This document shows positions 12,164 to 25,765 of a stretch of DNA of 64,000 nt, piece after piece. The stretch lies in NCBI GenBank assembly GCA_951406725.2, contig OX597821.1, positions 59,582,001 through 59,646,000 on the forward strand, in the 5' to 3' direction. This DNA is from Octopus vulgaris. Its lineage: Eukaryota. The notes under the pieces were generated by a model. That model saw only the letters and a list, made by a program, of their open reading frames with translations. It did not search any database and was not told the DNA's origin. Each line of letters opens with the position of its first letter. Positions within the stretch are counted from its first letter, which is position 1. The position numbers and the translations under genes were made by a program.

Positions 12164-13898
12164 TGTATTTCAGACATTAAGTTACTGGAAATGTTTTAAG
12201 TAAGACAGACGTGGTATCAGTTATTCTTTTTTTACGATGTTATGTAAAGGTGATTTCAGTAAATACTTAGACCTTGTGAGGTTTAGTGAGTGGCAGCAAC
12301 AGCTGAGGACAGAAGCTTCGTGCAATAGAGGAATTTCTAAGAATTTCTACAGGATCAACTAACAAGGAAGCCTACAAATGGATGCTTGATTTGCTAGAAT
12401 GAATAGTTCTATCTCTGATGTAATTACTGATAGAGTATACAATTAGATACGAGGTTAAATAGGTAGAATTTTGGGGGTGGCTTTTGTGTGTGTTCATCAT
12501 CATCAGTTAATGTCCATTTTTCCATGCTGACGTGGCCTGGATGGGTCAAGAGGAACCAAATGAGGTAGAGGGTTGTGCTCAGCTCCAATGCTTTTGGCAT
12601 AGTCTCTATGACTGGATGCCCTTTCTAATGCCAAACACTTCACAGTTTACTGTGTGCTTTTCTACAAGACACTTTTTTCAAGTACTAGTGAGGTCACCAG
12701 GTCCTCACAAAAAGAAACACTCTAAACTGAGAGGGGTATAGCACTGAAGGGTGTGGGAGTATGATAGAGGGCACAGGAGCAAGTGTCATGCTGAGGTGGT
12801 AAATACATAACTTCCTGAGAGAAAGAGAGACAAACAGGCGGACAGATGGTGAGGGTATACTCTTAAGGTACAAGATGAATATGAGTGAAAGGATAGGGAT
12901 GAAGGAGTACAAAAGGTGGGTGTGTAGGAAGTATGCATGAGGGGGCAACATTAACAGGTGAAAAAGTGTGAAGTCAAGTTTTCAGCAAACTTCTGTGTGT
13001 GTGTGAGAGAGAGAGAGAGAGAGGGGAGTAGGGAGGGAGACAGAAGCTAATATAAACATTGTACTTCAAATGAAGTACAATGGTGAAAATGTGCTGTCAA
13101 TTGATGGTAGAAGATACTACCAGAAGAGGTTGGTTAAATAAAACTGGGAAAGAATTAGTGAGGTGAGATCTGAAATATGAGATCATCATTCAACATTCGT
13201 TTTCCAAGCTGGCATGGGTTGGAAGGCTGCACCAGGCTCCAGTCGTCTGTTTTGACAGATGATAAAATCAAAACAAATAAGAAATTACTATATGGCAGAA
13301 CCATCCAACTGATACTAAAACAATGAATATGCATACACATGCACAGAGAGCAAGTCAACCATATCGTCATGTCTGGATAGTTTGTCACACCTAACTGGTT
13401 CACATAAAGAAAAAAGAAAAACAAAAAACATATAGCCTACCTAAGTAACAATTATAATCACTCTAAATTATTTCTGGTTTTTCAGTGTACCAAGTAATAA
13501 TGGTCTATTTATCTGTATGACAAATTGTTTCTCTATCTGCATATATCAAAAGCAATATTCAAGTTCCTGTCATGGCATATATTCGTAGTTCTTTGAAATG
13601 ATAATCCAATTTGATGCTCTGTACCTATTTTAGTCACTGCATTATTTTTAGATGTTTGCTGCCAGCAATTTAGATCAGACTTTTGCAAAGATGTCATTGT
13701 AGCTCAGATAGCTGATTGATTATATTCGGCACCTTCATATTCTGTGAAGAAACTGATAAATCGCTGAGTTAGACAATTAGTTGTTGTTGTTGTTTAACAC
13801 TAGGCCAACTGTTACCTAATAAATCTATAATCAACTTCTTTGCTCTTCTCAGAGGAGTGTAGAACGACATTATCTAATGGATCTTTTTTTCTTTTTAA

Positions 13899-14118
13899 CC
13901 CTTTAGTGTTCAGATTACTCTGTCAAATATAATGCTTTTTCATTCACATCGTTTTGAATTAATCCTGCATTATCTTGTAGCTCTGAGAATTTGATGATGT
14001 GACGGTTTATTTTGAGGATGTCATTGTAGGATATGAGTGAGAGGCCAGATCTTGATGGTTTGAACATAAAAGAATTAGAAAATTTGGGCCGGATATGGCC
14101 GGTTTAAATGCTAAAGGG
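13899..14118. mobile_element. piggyBac-like MITE family 1
   Basis: TTAA|CCCTTTAG...CTAAAGGG|TTAA; a second, degenerate copy lies at 29275-29493. Confidence 0.8.
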
Positions 14119-16394
14119 TTAAGACAGTATGATTTAAGAGAATCTGCCCACTATTTCTAGCCACTCAAGTACCTATGTAGAGTCCCATTATTGGTCTTTA
14201 ATGAAAGCTTTGTAATACTTGGTAATTCCATGTTGTCACTTTGATGTACGCTAGCTAAATGTCTAATTTGTCATGTAGTAATGATGCTATTGTCAGTCCG
14301 CTGTGTTGTGATGTATTTTAAACTAATTATGTTATGTTCCAGTCCAACTTAACTTGACCTTTGCTTAAATTTCTATTGGCTGTCACTGCTCAACACACAC
14401 TGATGGGATCTTGGAAGTTGTCTCCTGTCAGCAGATGTGCAAGACATTTGCTGATGTTATGACACTTAACAAAAATAGATTTGCATAGCAAGTGGATATG
14501 ATGTCATACTTTCTCTCAGTTAATTAGCTTGGTCAAACTGAAGTTCTAGATTAAGCAAAGGCTGTACCAGAGCAACTGGCTCTTAGAATGCAGCAATGAA
14601 TACAAAATTTTTTCTTAGCTATGTTCTGTAGTCATTAGGACATTTATAGACAGTTTCAACAGATTTAGTGGAGAGGATGAGCAATAAATTAAACGCTTCC
14701 ATTGGAAATGGAATTGCCGTAAAATCTCAACTGATTTCCTCTTGCTGAGACAAAACCATTGATATTAATCAAAATGTAGGTAAACCTTTCAAACTCAACA
14801 AACTGATCATTGATTTATAACAAGAAAAATAATAAAAAATATAAAATGTGTTTTCATTCATGCAATTTTTGTTACAATTATTAATAATAATTCTTTCTTT
14901 ATTCTATCGACTCTGAAAAGATGAATGGCAAAGTGGACTTTGACAGGATGACAGTAATAATCTTACTACTATAAGCACAAGGCCTGACGTTTTGGGGAAG
15001 AGGATTAGTCAATCACACCAACCTGAGTGCTTGACTCATACTCCAGCAGAATTTGAACATAGAATAATAATAATCATGATTTCTAATAAAGACACAATAT
15101 CATCAGCCTGTGGAACAAGCATTCTGTATCCTTATGTTTCATCAGCTACAAACAAAAAAGAAATTCATTGCCTACTTAGGACTGTCTTATAAGGAACAAC
15201 AAATGATAAATTTTCTGTTTCCTGTGCAAAGATTTGTCAAACTGGAATTAATTAAAAGCATCGTTCATAATCCAGCTTGGTATGTTTTCAGAGACAATGT
15301 CTATGAGGAGAATTTCTCTTCCCTGGCAGTCACCACAGTGGAGGTCGTACCACATTTGAATGTTAAATATAAGTACATATATTTTTATTATAACAACAAC
15401 ATCAATAATAATAATAATAATAATAATAATAGGAACAGCTTCTCTGTATGACTGTGCCAAAAGTAATATTTATTTAGAGAAAAAAAATAAAAGGAAAATA
15501 AACCATTCCATTGGATTCCTGGTTGGTATATGTGGTTCTTGAAAAACAATGAACCATCTAAACTAAGACAAATATCAGACAGATACAGGCATAGGCATGG
15601 CTGTGTAGTTAAGAAGTTTGCTTTACAACCACATGATTTGAAGTTCAATCCCACTGTGAGTGGATTTGGTAGAGGGAAACAGAAAGAAATCCCAAGTGTC
15701 AAAACCATAGTGATATCTGTTTGAACAGCTGATGATGGGATGCACATGTTATACTCAATTGTGAATTTCTTATATCTTAGTCTCATTATTTTGGGTTGTC
15801 TTCATTCTTGTAAAGCGGAAAGTGTTTGAAGATTCATAGTCTGTGGGGATTACTTATTTTGGAATTGTATCGTTTTCTTCATAGGTAACCTAATTAGGCT
15901 TAGACAATGCTTAGATATTGGTATCTAGTTTTGGAAGGTTTTATAGCATGCACACACACACATGATGTAAGTGCTTGTGTCTCCTGTTATAGGTGTAAAT
16001 GAGTGTCACTGTCATACAAGCAGGGTCTTTCATTTCCAATATTCTACAAAACATGTCTGATCATGTAGAAATATTATCTTATTTGGAAACAAGTGAGGGT
16101 TGGCAACAGGAAATGCATCCAGCCAGGTAAAATCTGCTTCAACCAACTCCATCAGATCCATACAAACATGGAAGAAGAGTGGATGTTAAACCAATGATGA
16201 TGAGAGACAAAAAAAAATTTTCTTACTTGTTAGACATCAATGTAAAACAAACTAAAATTGATAATTTAAACATACATAACTAATAATATAACAACAAACT
16301 GCTGTTTCTGAATATATATCACATACAGCCACCAGCATTTATTACTGATATCATCTGTCAAATCCACTACACTGTTTATTCTTTAACTTTCATC

Positions 16395-16599
16395 TTTTAC
16401 AGGTTTCAGTCATTTGACTGTGGCCATGCTGGGGCACCACCTTGAATAAATTTAGTCAAATGAATTAACCTCAGCACTTATCTTCTTAAGCCTGGCAGTT
16501 ATTCTGTTGGTCACTTTTGCCAAACCGCTGTTACAGCAGGGACATAAACAAACTAACACCAGTTGTCAAGCAGTGGTTGGTGACAAAAATCACACACAC

Positions 16600-16638
<39 letters not shown>

Positions 16639-16760
16639 ACACACACACATACACATGATGGGCTTCTTTTAGTTTCTGTCTACCAAATCCACTCACAATG
16701 CTTTGGTCAACCTGAGGCTCAAATAGAAGACACTTGTCCAAGGTGCCATGCAGCAGGACT
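16395..16760 (-). mobile_element. SINE family A, 5'-truncated
   Basis: Reverse-complement homology to family A with central (TA)n/(CA)n. Confidence 0.8.
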
Positions 16761-17039
16761 GTTAAACAATATATTTTAATTTAAAAAATGATAGGGTAGT
16801 GGCCATAAATATTTATATTGTAATCATTGTCATCATATAATGTCCATTTTTCCATGCTTCCATAATTCAGACAAAATTTATTGAAGCAAATTTTCTACAA
16901 CTGGATGCTCTCCCTATCACTAACCCTCACTTGTTTCCAAGCAAGCTAGTAATGCCAGTGACCCAGATATGTTTTTCCATGGATGACTGAAAATGAACAC
17001 TAATTGAATACCGCTAACATACAATACATGAACTGCACA

Positions 17040-17365
17040 GGCACTCTGTTAGTTATGCTGATGAGGGTTCCAGTTGATGCAATCAACAGAATAACCTGCT
17101 TGCAAAATTAATGTGCAAGTGACTGAGCACTCCACAGACACACACTACCATAATATAATTCTCAGGGAGATTCAGTGTGACACAGAATGTGACAAGGTTG
17201 GCCCCTTTGAAATACAGGTACAACTCATTTTTGCCAACAGAGTGGACAGGGGCAACACGAAATAAAGTGTCTTACTCAAGGACATGAATGTGCCATCAGG
17301 AATTGAACTCATGACCTTACAATCATGAGCTGAATACCCTAACCACTAAGCCATGTGCCTTCACA
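17040..17365 (-). mobile_element. SINE family D (tRNA head, TGTGTCCTTGAGCAAGACAC box)
   Basis: Reverse complement of the copy at 59459-59779; head TGGCTTAGTGGTTAGGG...GAGTTCAATTCC. Confidence 0.8.
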
Positions 17366-17904
17366 CATAAATACACACAGACAGACATATAGGTAAACGG
17401 ATATAAACAACAGGCTTCTTATAGTGTCTGTCTACAAAATCCACTCACAAGGCTTTGATCAGCCCAGGGTCATAATAGAAGATATTTGCTTCTTTAATGT
17501 GAGGATAAAATAACAGCTTAGTTTCACACAACAAAAAAAATATTTGTTGGTTTCATTAAATGAAACCTTATCATTACAACACCACTATAAAACACGCTGT
17601 TATGCTGAAATACTCAAGATAATACTGGTAATGATTTCACCAACTAACAAACAATAAACAATAGATGCAGGGGTTTCTATTAAAATATAGTTTAAGTTAA
17701 AATATCTTGTCAAAAATAAAGTTAAAATAAAATCAATATAGTAAGAAATTACAGTATTTCTTAAACATCTGTTACTCTTAGGAAACTACATCTTGATAAC
17801 ATTAAGTTTCTTAAACATACAACAACTACATTTAGATAATTGGATAAATGTGTCTTATGTATGTGTGTGAAGATACGTGTTTGTGTGTAGGCAATAAAGA
17901 GGTC

Positions 17905-18095
17905 TGTATGTAGTGGCTCAGTCTGCTAGAAATAGCAGACAAATTTCCATCAAATCATATCCTACCTGCTTCAAAAAGAGCACACTGGATAATGTAACCA
18001 TCATCCAGAAAATAAAGAGATGAGAAGGTCATAATAAGAATGCTTTGATCATAGGTTTGCTTCACAGGGACAGACCTAGGGATGAACAATAATAA
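17905..18095 (+). mobile_element. Older interspersed repeat family F
   Basis: Motif TGCTAGAAATAGCAG.CAAAT.TCC.TCAAATCA...GAATGC.TTTGATCATAGG recurs at ~1870, 6700, 9360, 13790, 26090, 33385, 34970, 36480 and 55895 in both orientations. Confidence 0.6.
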
Positions 18096-18255
18096 CTACA
18101 TATATATTGCTTTTGCTTATTTTGCGCCACAAAAACCTAAAAGTGGTCAATACACATTTATATTAGAAATGCACAGTCTGATGTTTTATACACATGAGAT
18201 AAACAGGATTATATATCCAAGCCACACTTTTGCTCAAACTTTTCTTACAAAGTGA

Positions 18256-18646
18256 AGTGGCTGTGTGGTAAGTAGCTTGCTTACAAACCACATGGTTCCG
18301 GGTTCAGCCCCACTGTGTGGCACCTTGGGCAATTGTCTTCCTTCTACTATAGCCTCGGGCCAACCAAAGCCTCGTGAGTGGATTTGGTAGATGGAAACTG
18401 AAAGAAGCCCGTTATATATATGTATATATATATGTATGTGTGTGTGTATATGTTTGTGTGTCTGTGTTTGTCCCCCCCCTCCTCAACATCTCTTGACAAC
18501 CGATGGCGGTGTGTTTACGTCGCTGTAACTTAGTGGTTCAGCAAAAGAGGTCAATAGAATAAGTCCTGGGGTCAATTTGCTCGACTAAAGGTGGTGCTCC
18601 AGCATGGCCACAGTCAAATGACTAAAACAAGTAAAAGAGTAAGAGT
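18256..18646 (+). mobile_element. SINE family A, well preserved
   Basis: A/B boxes, CCTTGGGCAA box, central (TA)(TG) tract and AAGAGT tail. Confidence 0.85.
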
Positions 18647-18695
18647 AAAGTAGCAGAGTGTGGATAAATGTAATCTAATTTACCACGCACACACA

Positions 18696-18750
<55 letters not shown>

Positions 18751-19605
18751 TTGCCATTAGGAAGGGCATCTAGCTGTAGAAACCATGCCACAACAGCTAT
18801 TTGGAGTTTGGACAGCTAGGGTTGGACATTTTAGTCACCTACATACAGATGTCTACAATTCCTGATCCGAAGATAGTCATCTGCAAGAAAAATGTGGACA
18901 GGAAGGGAATTCTGTTACAGTCTGGGAAGGGATGAAGTGAAAAAAAAAAAAACGAGCAGGCCTGGGGGGCTCTCATAGTCAGAAAGGCAGAATCTATAAG
19001 TTAGTGCTTGAAACAACTTTGTTGGTGAGTGAATCATTGTCCAGCAGTTAAATGACTTTGTTGGATGAAATTACTCTGTGTGTGCATGTGCATGCATGCA
19101 CATGCTTGTAAGTAATAATTACTCCATGATGTGAGTATGATAAAATTTAACAGTGTGGTGAGAAGCACCACTAAAAGCATTAACCGAGCAAGCAGATGAT
19201 GCAGAAGATAAATAAGTGCAAGGCTATAAAATCCATCTAAGCGATGCCATCATGGAAAAAAAAGGTTATAAATTTTAGGATGATGTTATAGAAGATTGCA
19301 CATTCTGAGTTGATGGGAAAATCAACAGATGGATACAGCATTTTAATCAAAGGATGGAATAGAGCCTGACAGTTCTATTGATTGACAATGCCAAATATGT
19401 AAAGCACTGCAAGTGTTCTGGGCTGTCTATTTGCAAGTATGGCTTGGCTGTATAGTTAAGAAGCTGGCTCAACAATCATGGAATTCTGGGTTCAATTCTC
19501 CTACACGATGCCTTGGGCAAGTGTCAGCCTTGTGGAGGTAATTTAGAAGACAACAATGGTGTGGGAAGTATGTGAATACACACACACACACACACACACA
19601 TAACA

Positions 19606-19835
19606 AATCAATCCATCTTTCCCACCCAATATTCTTGGGAGGGTTGTAGGAGTAGAATCCTCATGTACCTCTTCCACAGAGTCCTGTCAGAAGCAACTAT
19701 CATTACAATTCCTGAATTCCTGAGCATGACTAGCTGAAATCATAGATATTATCTAACCACCTCGTTCTTGGTCTACCTCTAAGTCTCCAGCCTGTTGGAT
19801 TGGTTTGGCTTAAAAAAATGCATCTTTCATGACAT
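19606..19835 (-). mobile_element. RTE-clade LINE 3' fragment
   Basis: Reverse complement translates as PTGWRLRGRPRTRWLDNI...ASDRTLWKR (RTE C-terminal GRPR-W motif) and ends in a GATGGATTGAT tail; homologous to 24020-24433 and 60829-60982. Confidence 0.7.
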
Positions 19836-20045
19836 TTTATGTGTCAAAAAGACAACTAAGTCCTTGAACATCAGCACTATTCATAGGGAACATCTCACCC
19901 TAAGCAGAAATGAATGATGGTCAATAACTAGGAAGAATAGCCAACAGATAGGGAATATTTGAACTTTCTTTGGTCGACCTGAGGCTATAGTAGAAAGCAA
20001 TAACCCAAAGCACCATGCCATGCAATCCATGCCAAGATGGGAAAT

Positions 20046-20432
20046 GCACAGGTGTGACTGTGTGGTAAGTAGCTTGTTTACCAACCACACGGTTCCAGGT
20101 CCAGTCCCATTGTGTGGCACCTTGGGCAAGTGTCTTCTACTATAGTCTCAGGCTGACCAAAGCCTTGTAAGTGGGTTTGGTAGAAGGAAACGAAGAAGCC
20201 CATTGTGTGTGTATATCTGTATGTATGTATGTGTGTGTGTTTGTTCCCCTGCCATTGCTTGACAACTGATGCTGGTGTATTTATGTCTCTGTAACTTAGC
20301 AGTTTGGCAAAGGAACCGATAGGATAAGTACCAAGTGCACAAAGAATAAATCCTAGGGTAGATTTCTTCAACTAAGATCCTTTAAGGTGGTGCTCCAGTA
20401 TGGCCACAGTCAAATGACTGGAACAAGTAAAA
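20046..20432 (+). mobile_element. SINE family A
   Basis: Full-length homology to family A. Confidence 0.85.
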
Positions 20433-23391
20433 TAATTAAATGATGGTGATATTCTAAACATCGTTTAACATCCATTTCCCAAGCTAGCATGGTTTGGATG
20501 GTTTGACAGGAACAAGCAAGTCAGAAGACTTGCCTGTCAGTTTCGGCATGATTTCTGTAGCTGGATGCCCTTCCTGATACCAACTGCTTTTCAAAGTGTA
20601 CTGGATACTTTTCACATGGCATAAGCAGCAGTAAAGTCTGCAAGTAACTTGCAGGACAAAATTCCTCAACTGGGGAGAACAGTATTGAAGGAAACAAAGT
20701 TGTCTTACATTAGTAGACATAAGCTTCCTCAGATGGCGAATAGAGGAGAGAAAGATGAAGATGTGATAAGGGGGTGCAGTGGCTGAACACCAAAATTACA
20801 GGTGTATATAGTGGTGTAGAAATAGGATATATACATTTATATGTAATAAATACATAATTTAAGTAATCGGTCTTCATCATCATCATTTTCTGCCTGGTTC
20901 CCAGGCTTGCCTGAGTTGGTCAGAGTATCATCTATATGTTGATATGTCAGAAAATCTAAAGACAATATCTAACATTTAAATTGGCAAATTTTGAAAATTC
21001 ATATTTTAAATTAAAAACAGAAAATTATTTTTGGTAATCTTAATTAAAATGGAACATGGATAGTTTTCTAATATTTGAGGTTATTGTAAATTTTCTGAAA
21101 CAAACAGGCAGTTAAACATATTTACACACACACATAAGAAAAAGAATGTTATCAAGAAGACAATAAAAAGTTTTAAAAAAGAATAATAATTACTTATAAA
21201 TGATATGTATATTGATTATTCCAGAGATCACAGGAAAAATAATTATCTTTTAACATATGAATATATTTTATGGATTTCAAATACCAGAAAAGGGAGAATT
21301 ATAACTTATTATGCTGTCGGAGCTAACATATAAAAGATTTATTGGGGATTTGTATATATATATATTACCAATGAATTGTTGTTTTATGCCAGAAATATAT
21401 TGTTCTGATTTCAATTAATTTCCTAAACTGTGGTATCCCTTGGCCAAATGCTTCATTTGTCCAAAAGAAAGGCAACATTATTTGGATTGTTTTGATAGGA
21501 AAAATAAAACATGAAAAGACATTTTAGATATAACAACAGAATTAATAAATGAATATTAAATTTCAACAGACAATAGATTTCTATCAAATCTTACCAGTTT
21601 TTGTTGGTTTTTCTAAAACAATCGATACACATTTTGGACTTATGGTTATGTTCACAACTTAGGGCATTCCACATGGTAATTCACACAACTAAGTAGCAGC
21701 CATGAAACTTGATTGAGTAAACAAGTCTTCAGACTAGAGTCTTTTCCCTTCTTCATTCTGATGGGCTATGTGGCATAAAGTCTGAGCAAACACTGACAAA
21801 TATTGAGTTTTTGTTATATTTACAATTCACCACCAACTCTTCTTTTGTGGTGTGTGTCTTGTCTTAAGGGGGAATAAAGTCAATAACTAAATTAAAAGGA
21901 GCTGAAAATTCTGTCAGTTAAATAATTTTTTTAGAATTATATAAACTTGAATAATAAACATCTATTAGAAACAATAAAATCCATACAAAACTATTTAGAA
22001 ATGTCAGCTTTGTCTTGACTGGTCAGTTGTCATTTAATTTCATAGATATATTCCTTTTGCCTGTGTCTGTCTCTCTCTCATTAGTTCTCTTCCTTTTTCT
22101 TCATTGATTTGTCAGTTGCTAGCAGAATGAATTTTAGCAAATAAATTGCAAGGCCAAGCCAACAAGTATATTTTCAGTGGGATATAAAGCAGACAGGTGG
22201 TGAAAAGTTAAGGAGAACAAGCTGATTGCATATACAAGGAGTACGTGACAGCAAAATTTCAAGAACACCAGCAGGTGAAAAGTTACAATCACAGCATCTG
22301 TCAACTATCGTGTACATAACATATAAAACCAAGCGTTATTCTAAATGAAAAAGTACATAAGCAATTCTATATAACAACAGCATCTGACTATGTATATTAT
22401 ATGCAGTGTTAATAGTCAAAAGGATTAAGAGCTAATCCTACCACATAAATATCCACAACAGACATTTTACGAGGTGAACTACACACCAATTAGACATTAA
22501 AAATTTTATTCACTTCATTAAATAAATTATTGCTAAATCTCAAGAAATAAATATCTAATAATCTAATATATATCTAAAATATGTATAAATCTTGCCAAAC
22601 CTTGTAAAAATTGATTTTTTAAAAAAGTTCAAACAAATAGTGTCAAGGATATTAAAATTAAGCTCCTTTAATATGGGATAGAGTAATTAATCCACGTATC
22701 AGTTGATTATATCACATAAGAAAGATGAATTCCATTTAAAAACACACACATAAGACTTAACATAAGACTTTGTTAATCTAATTATCAAAACATACAAGAC
22801 ATAAATAAAGGATATAAAGAAAATCCCTGTGGTTTTGATGCCACTCTTGTTCCTTGTTATTATAAAGGGGGGAGGGTTAAGCTGGATTCAACATGGCCAC
22901 CATGTCATGGGTTTGATATTGCTTTCTTGAGTTCAGAAACTAGTTGTTCTATTTCTCCCAGTCATTAACCCCACCTCATCATCACAAATCCAAAGACAAT
23001 GAAAAAAATAACAGTGTACAATATTTACACCTTCCACAAAGACTTTGTTGATACAATAAACATGGACAGCAAGCAGCCAGAACTGTTAGCAAATAATGCC
23101 TTGTGTGTGAATTTGGTATATTCCTGAGCTTGATTCGATAAAGTAAATCTTTGGAGGTGATGCTCCAGCATGACTGCAGTCTAGTCTCCATTTCTTCTGA
23201 GGTTAAGTGGAAATGTTGCTCGCAAGAGTTAATAATTAAATCTCCTAATTAATTTTTTTTCTTGTATGCTCACTTCCTTTCTGTACTAAATCAATGGTTT
23301 TCAACCGGGGTCTATATGACTCCTAGGGATCCGTATAAGACTTGGGGGGAGGGGGGCACGTAGAAGTAAAATAGTAAATTAGGGGCCCCCC

Positions 23392-23678
23392 ATCATCATC
23401 ATCGTTTAACCTCTGCTTTCCATGCTAGCATCGGTTGGACGATTTGACTGCGGTCTGGTGAACTGGATGACTGCCCCAGACTCCAATCTGATGTGGCAGA
23501 GTTTCTACAGCTGGATGCCCTTCCTAATGCCAACAACTCTGAGAGTGTAGTGGGTGATTTTATGTGCCACCAGCATGAGGACCAGTCAGGCAGTACTGGC
23601 AATGGCCATGCTCAAATGGTGTTTTTTATGTGCCACCTGCACAGGAACCAGTCCAGTGGCACTGGCAATGACCTCGCT
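23392..23678 (-). mobile_element. Retroposon family C inserted in a degenerate hAT-like MITE (~23292-23920)
   Basis: (CAT)n tail and family C body. The host begins CAATGGTTTTCAACCGGGGTC, like the hAT ends at 25075 and 61527; its right end is eroded. Confidence 0.65.
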
Positions 23679-24019
23679 AAGGATTCAGAAAAAATTTTGT
23701 TTTAGAAGTATTTATTGCAAGAAACATTTTTTTTTTCCCCCTCAAACATTTTACATAGTTCAACCTACACAAGTTAATGTGTGCAAAGCAAAATAGGAAT
23801 TTTGAAAGAAAACCTATAAAACTAGTTTGTAAACATGGAATGGCTATGGGTGTCCACCAGAATAAAATAGTAATTAAATGAGTCTATAGATCAAAAAAAA
23901 AAAAAGAAAACAGCTGAGAATAAGTATATTAGATAATACTACAAATTAAGATCTTCACAGATATTCTACTTTGGATACTGAATAATGTACCAGCTTCAGC
24001 AGTTGACCTTCAGAAGAAG

Positions 24020-24433
24020 GTTAAAAAAACCAAGCTTGCTATCTTCAATTCAGTTCTCATGGCTATCTTCCATATGGTCATGGATGTTGGGTAATGACAG
24101 AAAAAGTAGAATCGCAAATACAAGCAACTGGAACGAGATGCATGTGAAGGATCTCTGAAGTAATGTGTAGCTCAGAGATCAGGGAGTCTCAAGGTCAAGG
24201 TGCTACTTCTTCACATTGAGAGGTCACAGTTATTGTTCTAGAATGTCACAGGAAAGGATCGCAAGTCAAGTAGGTGGCAGGGGAGCTAGGGGTAGATCAA
24301 GAACAAAATGGTTGGATAATATCCATAGTTTCAATTGGTTACATTTAGGAACCCTAGAGAGGTGATGCCTGGAGACTCTACTTCACAACCCTTCCAGGAA
24401 TAGTGGGCAATGGAAATGGATGAATAGATGGAT
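24020..24433 (+). mobile_element. RTE-clade (Expander/Rex3-like) LINE, decayed 3' part
   Basis: Frameshifted translation KTKLAIFNSV...YGHGCWVMTEKVESQIQA...SSEIRE...LLLHIERSQL...RGRSRTKWLDNI, with a GGATG-type tail. Confidence 0.8.
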
Positions 24434-25074
24434 TTATGTATATTTTCTGATATGAATTCTTTTCAAAGTGGATGTCTAATTTATTGATAAATCAAGGTAG
24501 TTCTTGTTCACAAGTAGATAATTGCTACTGGCATTACAGCTTGCTAAATCACTTTAAAATAGTTCTTGACTCAGATTAAAAACTACAAAATATTCATAGG
24601 AAATAGAAATCAGTAGAGACAAGGATAAACAAAAGTTATCTGCTTTTACATGTTATGAAGAGAAAATCAAAACAATTTGTTAATAAATGTCTATTTCACA
24701 TTTTTAGATTTTAATGTTTTTCTGAGTGTGATTCTACAGAATGCAATTTAGACAAAATATCTTGATTCAAGTAATTAATTTGAATTATGCTCTTGCACAT
24801 ATCTTCAAGACAGTGACGAGTATATGTGAGAGAGAAAACATATTCACTTTAATTAGGAAAAAAAAAATTCATTACCACCATTAGCACCAGTTTAATATTT
24901 ACAATTTTATACACGTATTAGTAGGACAGATTTATAATACATCAATATTACATTCATCTTGATCTGGTATCTAACAAAACCAACATTATCAGACTGAACT
25001 CCATTATGCCAAAACTTATTTTCTCTCAACTTTCACCTCCAGTTGATGCTTCCCTTCACCAGGATACATTAGTC

Positions 25075-25181
25075 CAGCATTTCTCAACCTTTTCACCCTT
25101 AAATAAATTCCATATCTCAAGGAACCCCTGTACAAAAAAATATACCATATCTATTTCATAATAGTTCATGTGGTAAATATC

Positions 25182-25225
<44 letters not shown>

Positions 25226-25765
25226 ATATATTTATATGGTTGTTATATCTTTGATAACATAAGGTTAGATAAGATGATGTCTACATTACAATAACCAATA
25301 ATATGTTGTGCATGTATAGTAATATCACAATCATGAAATTACGGAGATGTACTTGCATAGCAAGTAACCTGATCTGAGATTGTGTACTGGAATGAAAACA
25401 ATTGCAGCGTTGAAGGTGTTTATAAGCCATTTAAGACACACACAAAAACCGTTAGATTCACGTCAACATTTAAATTTAATTTGCCAAAATATTTTCATAG
25501 CTTTGAGACTGTGACCTGTTCACTGACAAAATTCCGTGCTGCACAGAATTTTGGCAAATTAAATTTAAATCTAAATCTAAATATTTTGGCAAATTAAATT
25601 TAAATGTTGAAATGAATCTAATGCTTTTTGTGTGTTTCTTAAATGGCATATAATCACCTTCCACAATCATGAAATTAATATCAGCTTATCTCACTGTCTA
25701 GCAGAACCCCTAGGAACCTTTTGCGGAAACCTGGGGTTCCAGGGAACACCGGTTGAGAAACACTG
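25075..25765. mobile_element. hAT MITE containing a nested insertion
   Basis: TIRs CAGCATTTCTCAACC and (rc) CAGTGTTTCTCAACC; perfect 8-bp TSD CATTAGTC (25067-25074, 25766-25773). Confidence 0.9.
25342..25661. mobile_element. Inverted-repeat retro-module, possibly derived from a Penelope-like element
   Basis: 16-bp direct repeat CACAATCATGAAATTA on both flanks; 83-bp inverted arms 25412-25494 / 25579-25661 with ~7 mismatches. Confidence 0.65.

Noticed and set aside
15110-15460. Overlapping ORFs in non-repetitive-looking sequence
   Set aside because: Their length is inflated by (AAT)n, and there are no consistent splice sites or homology.
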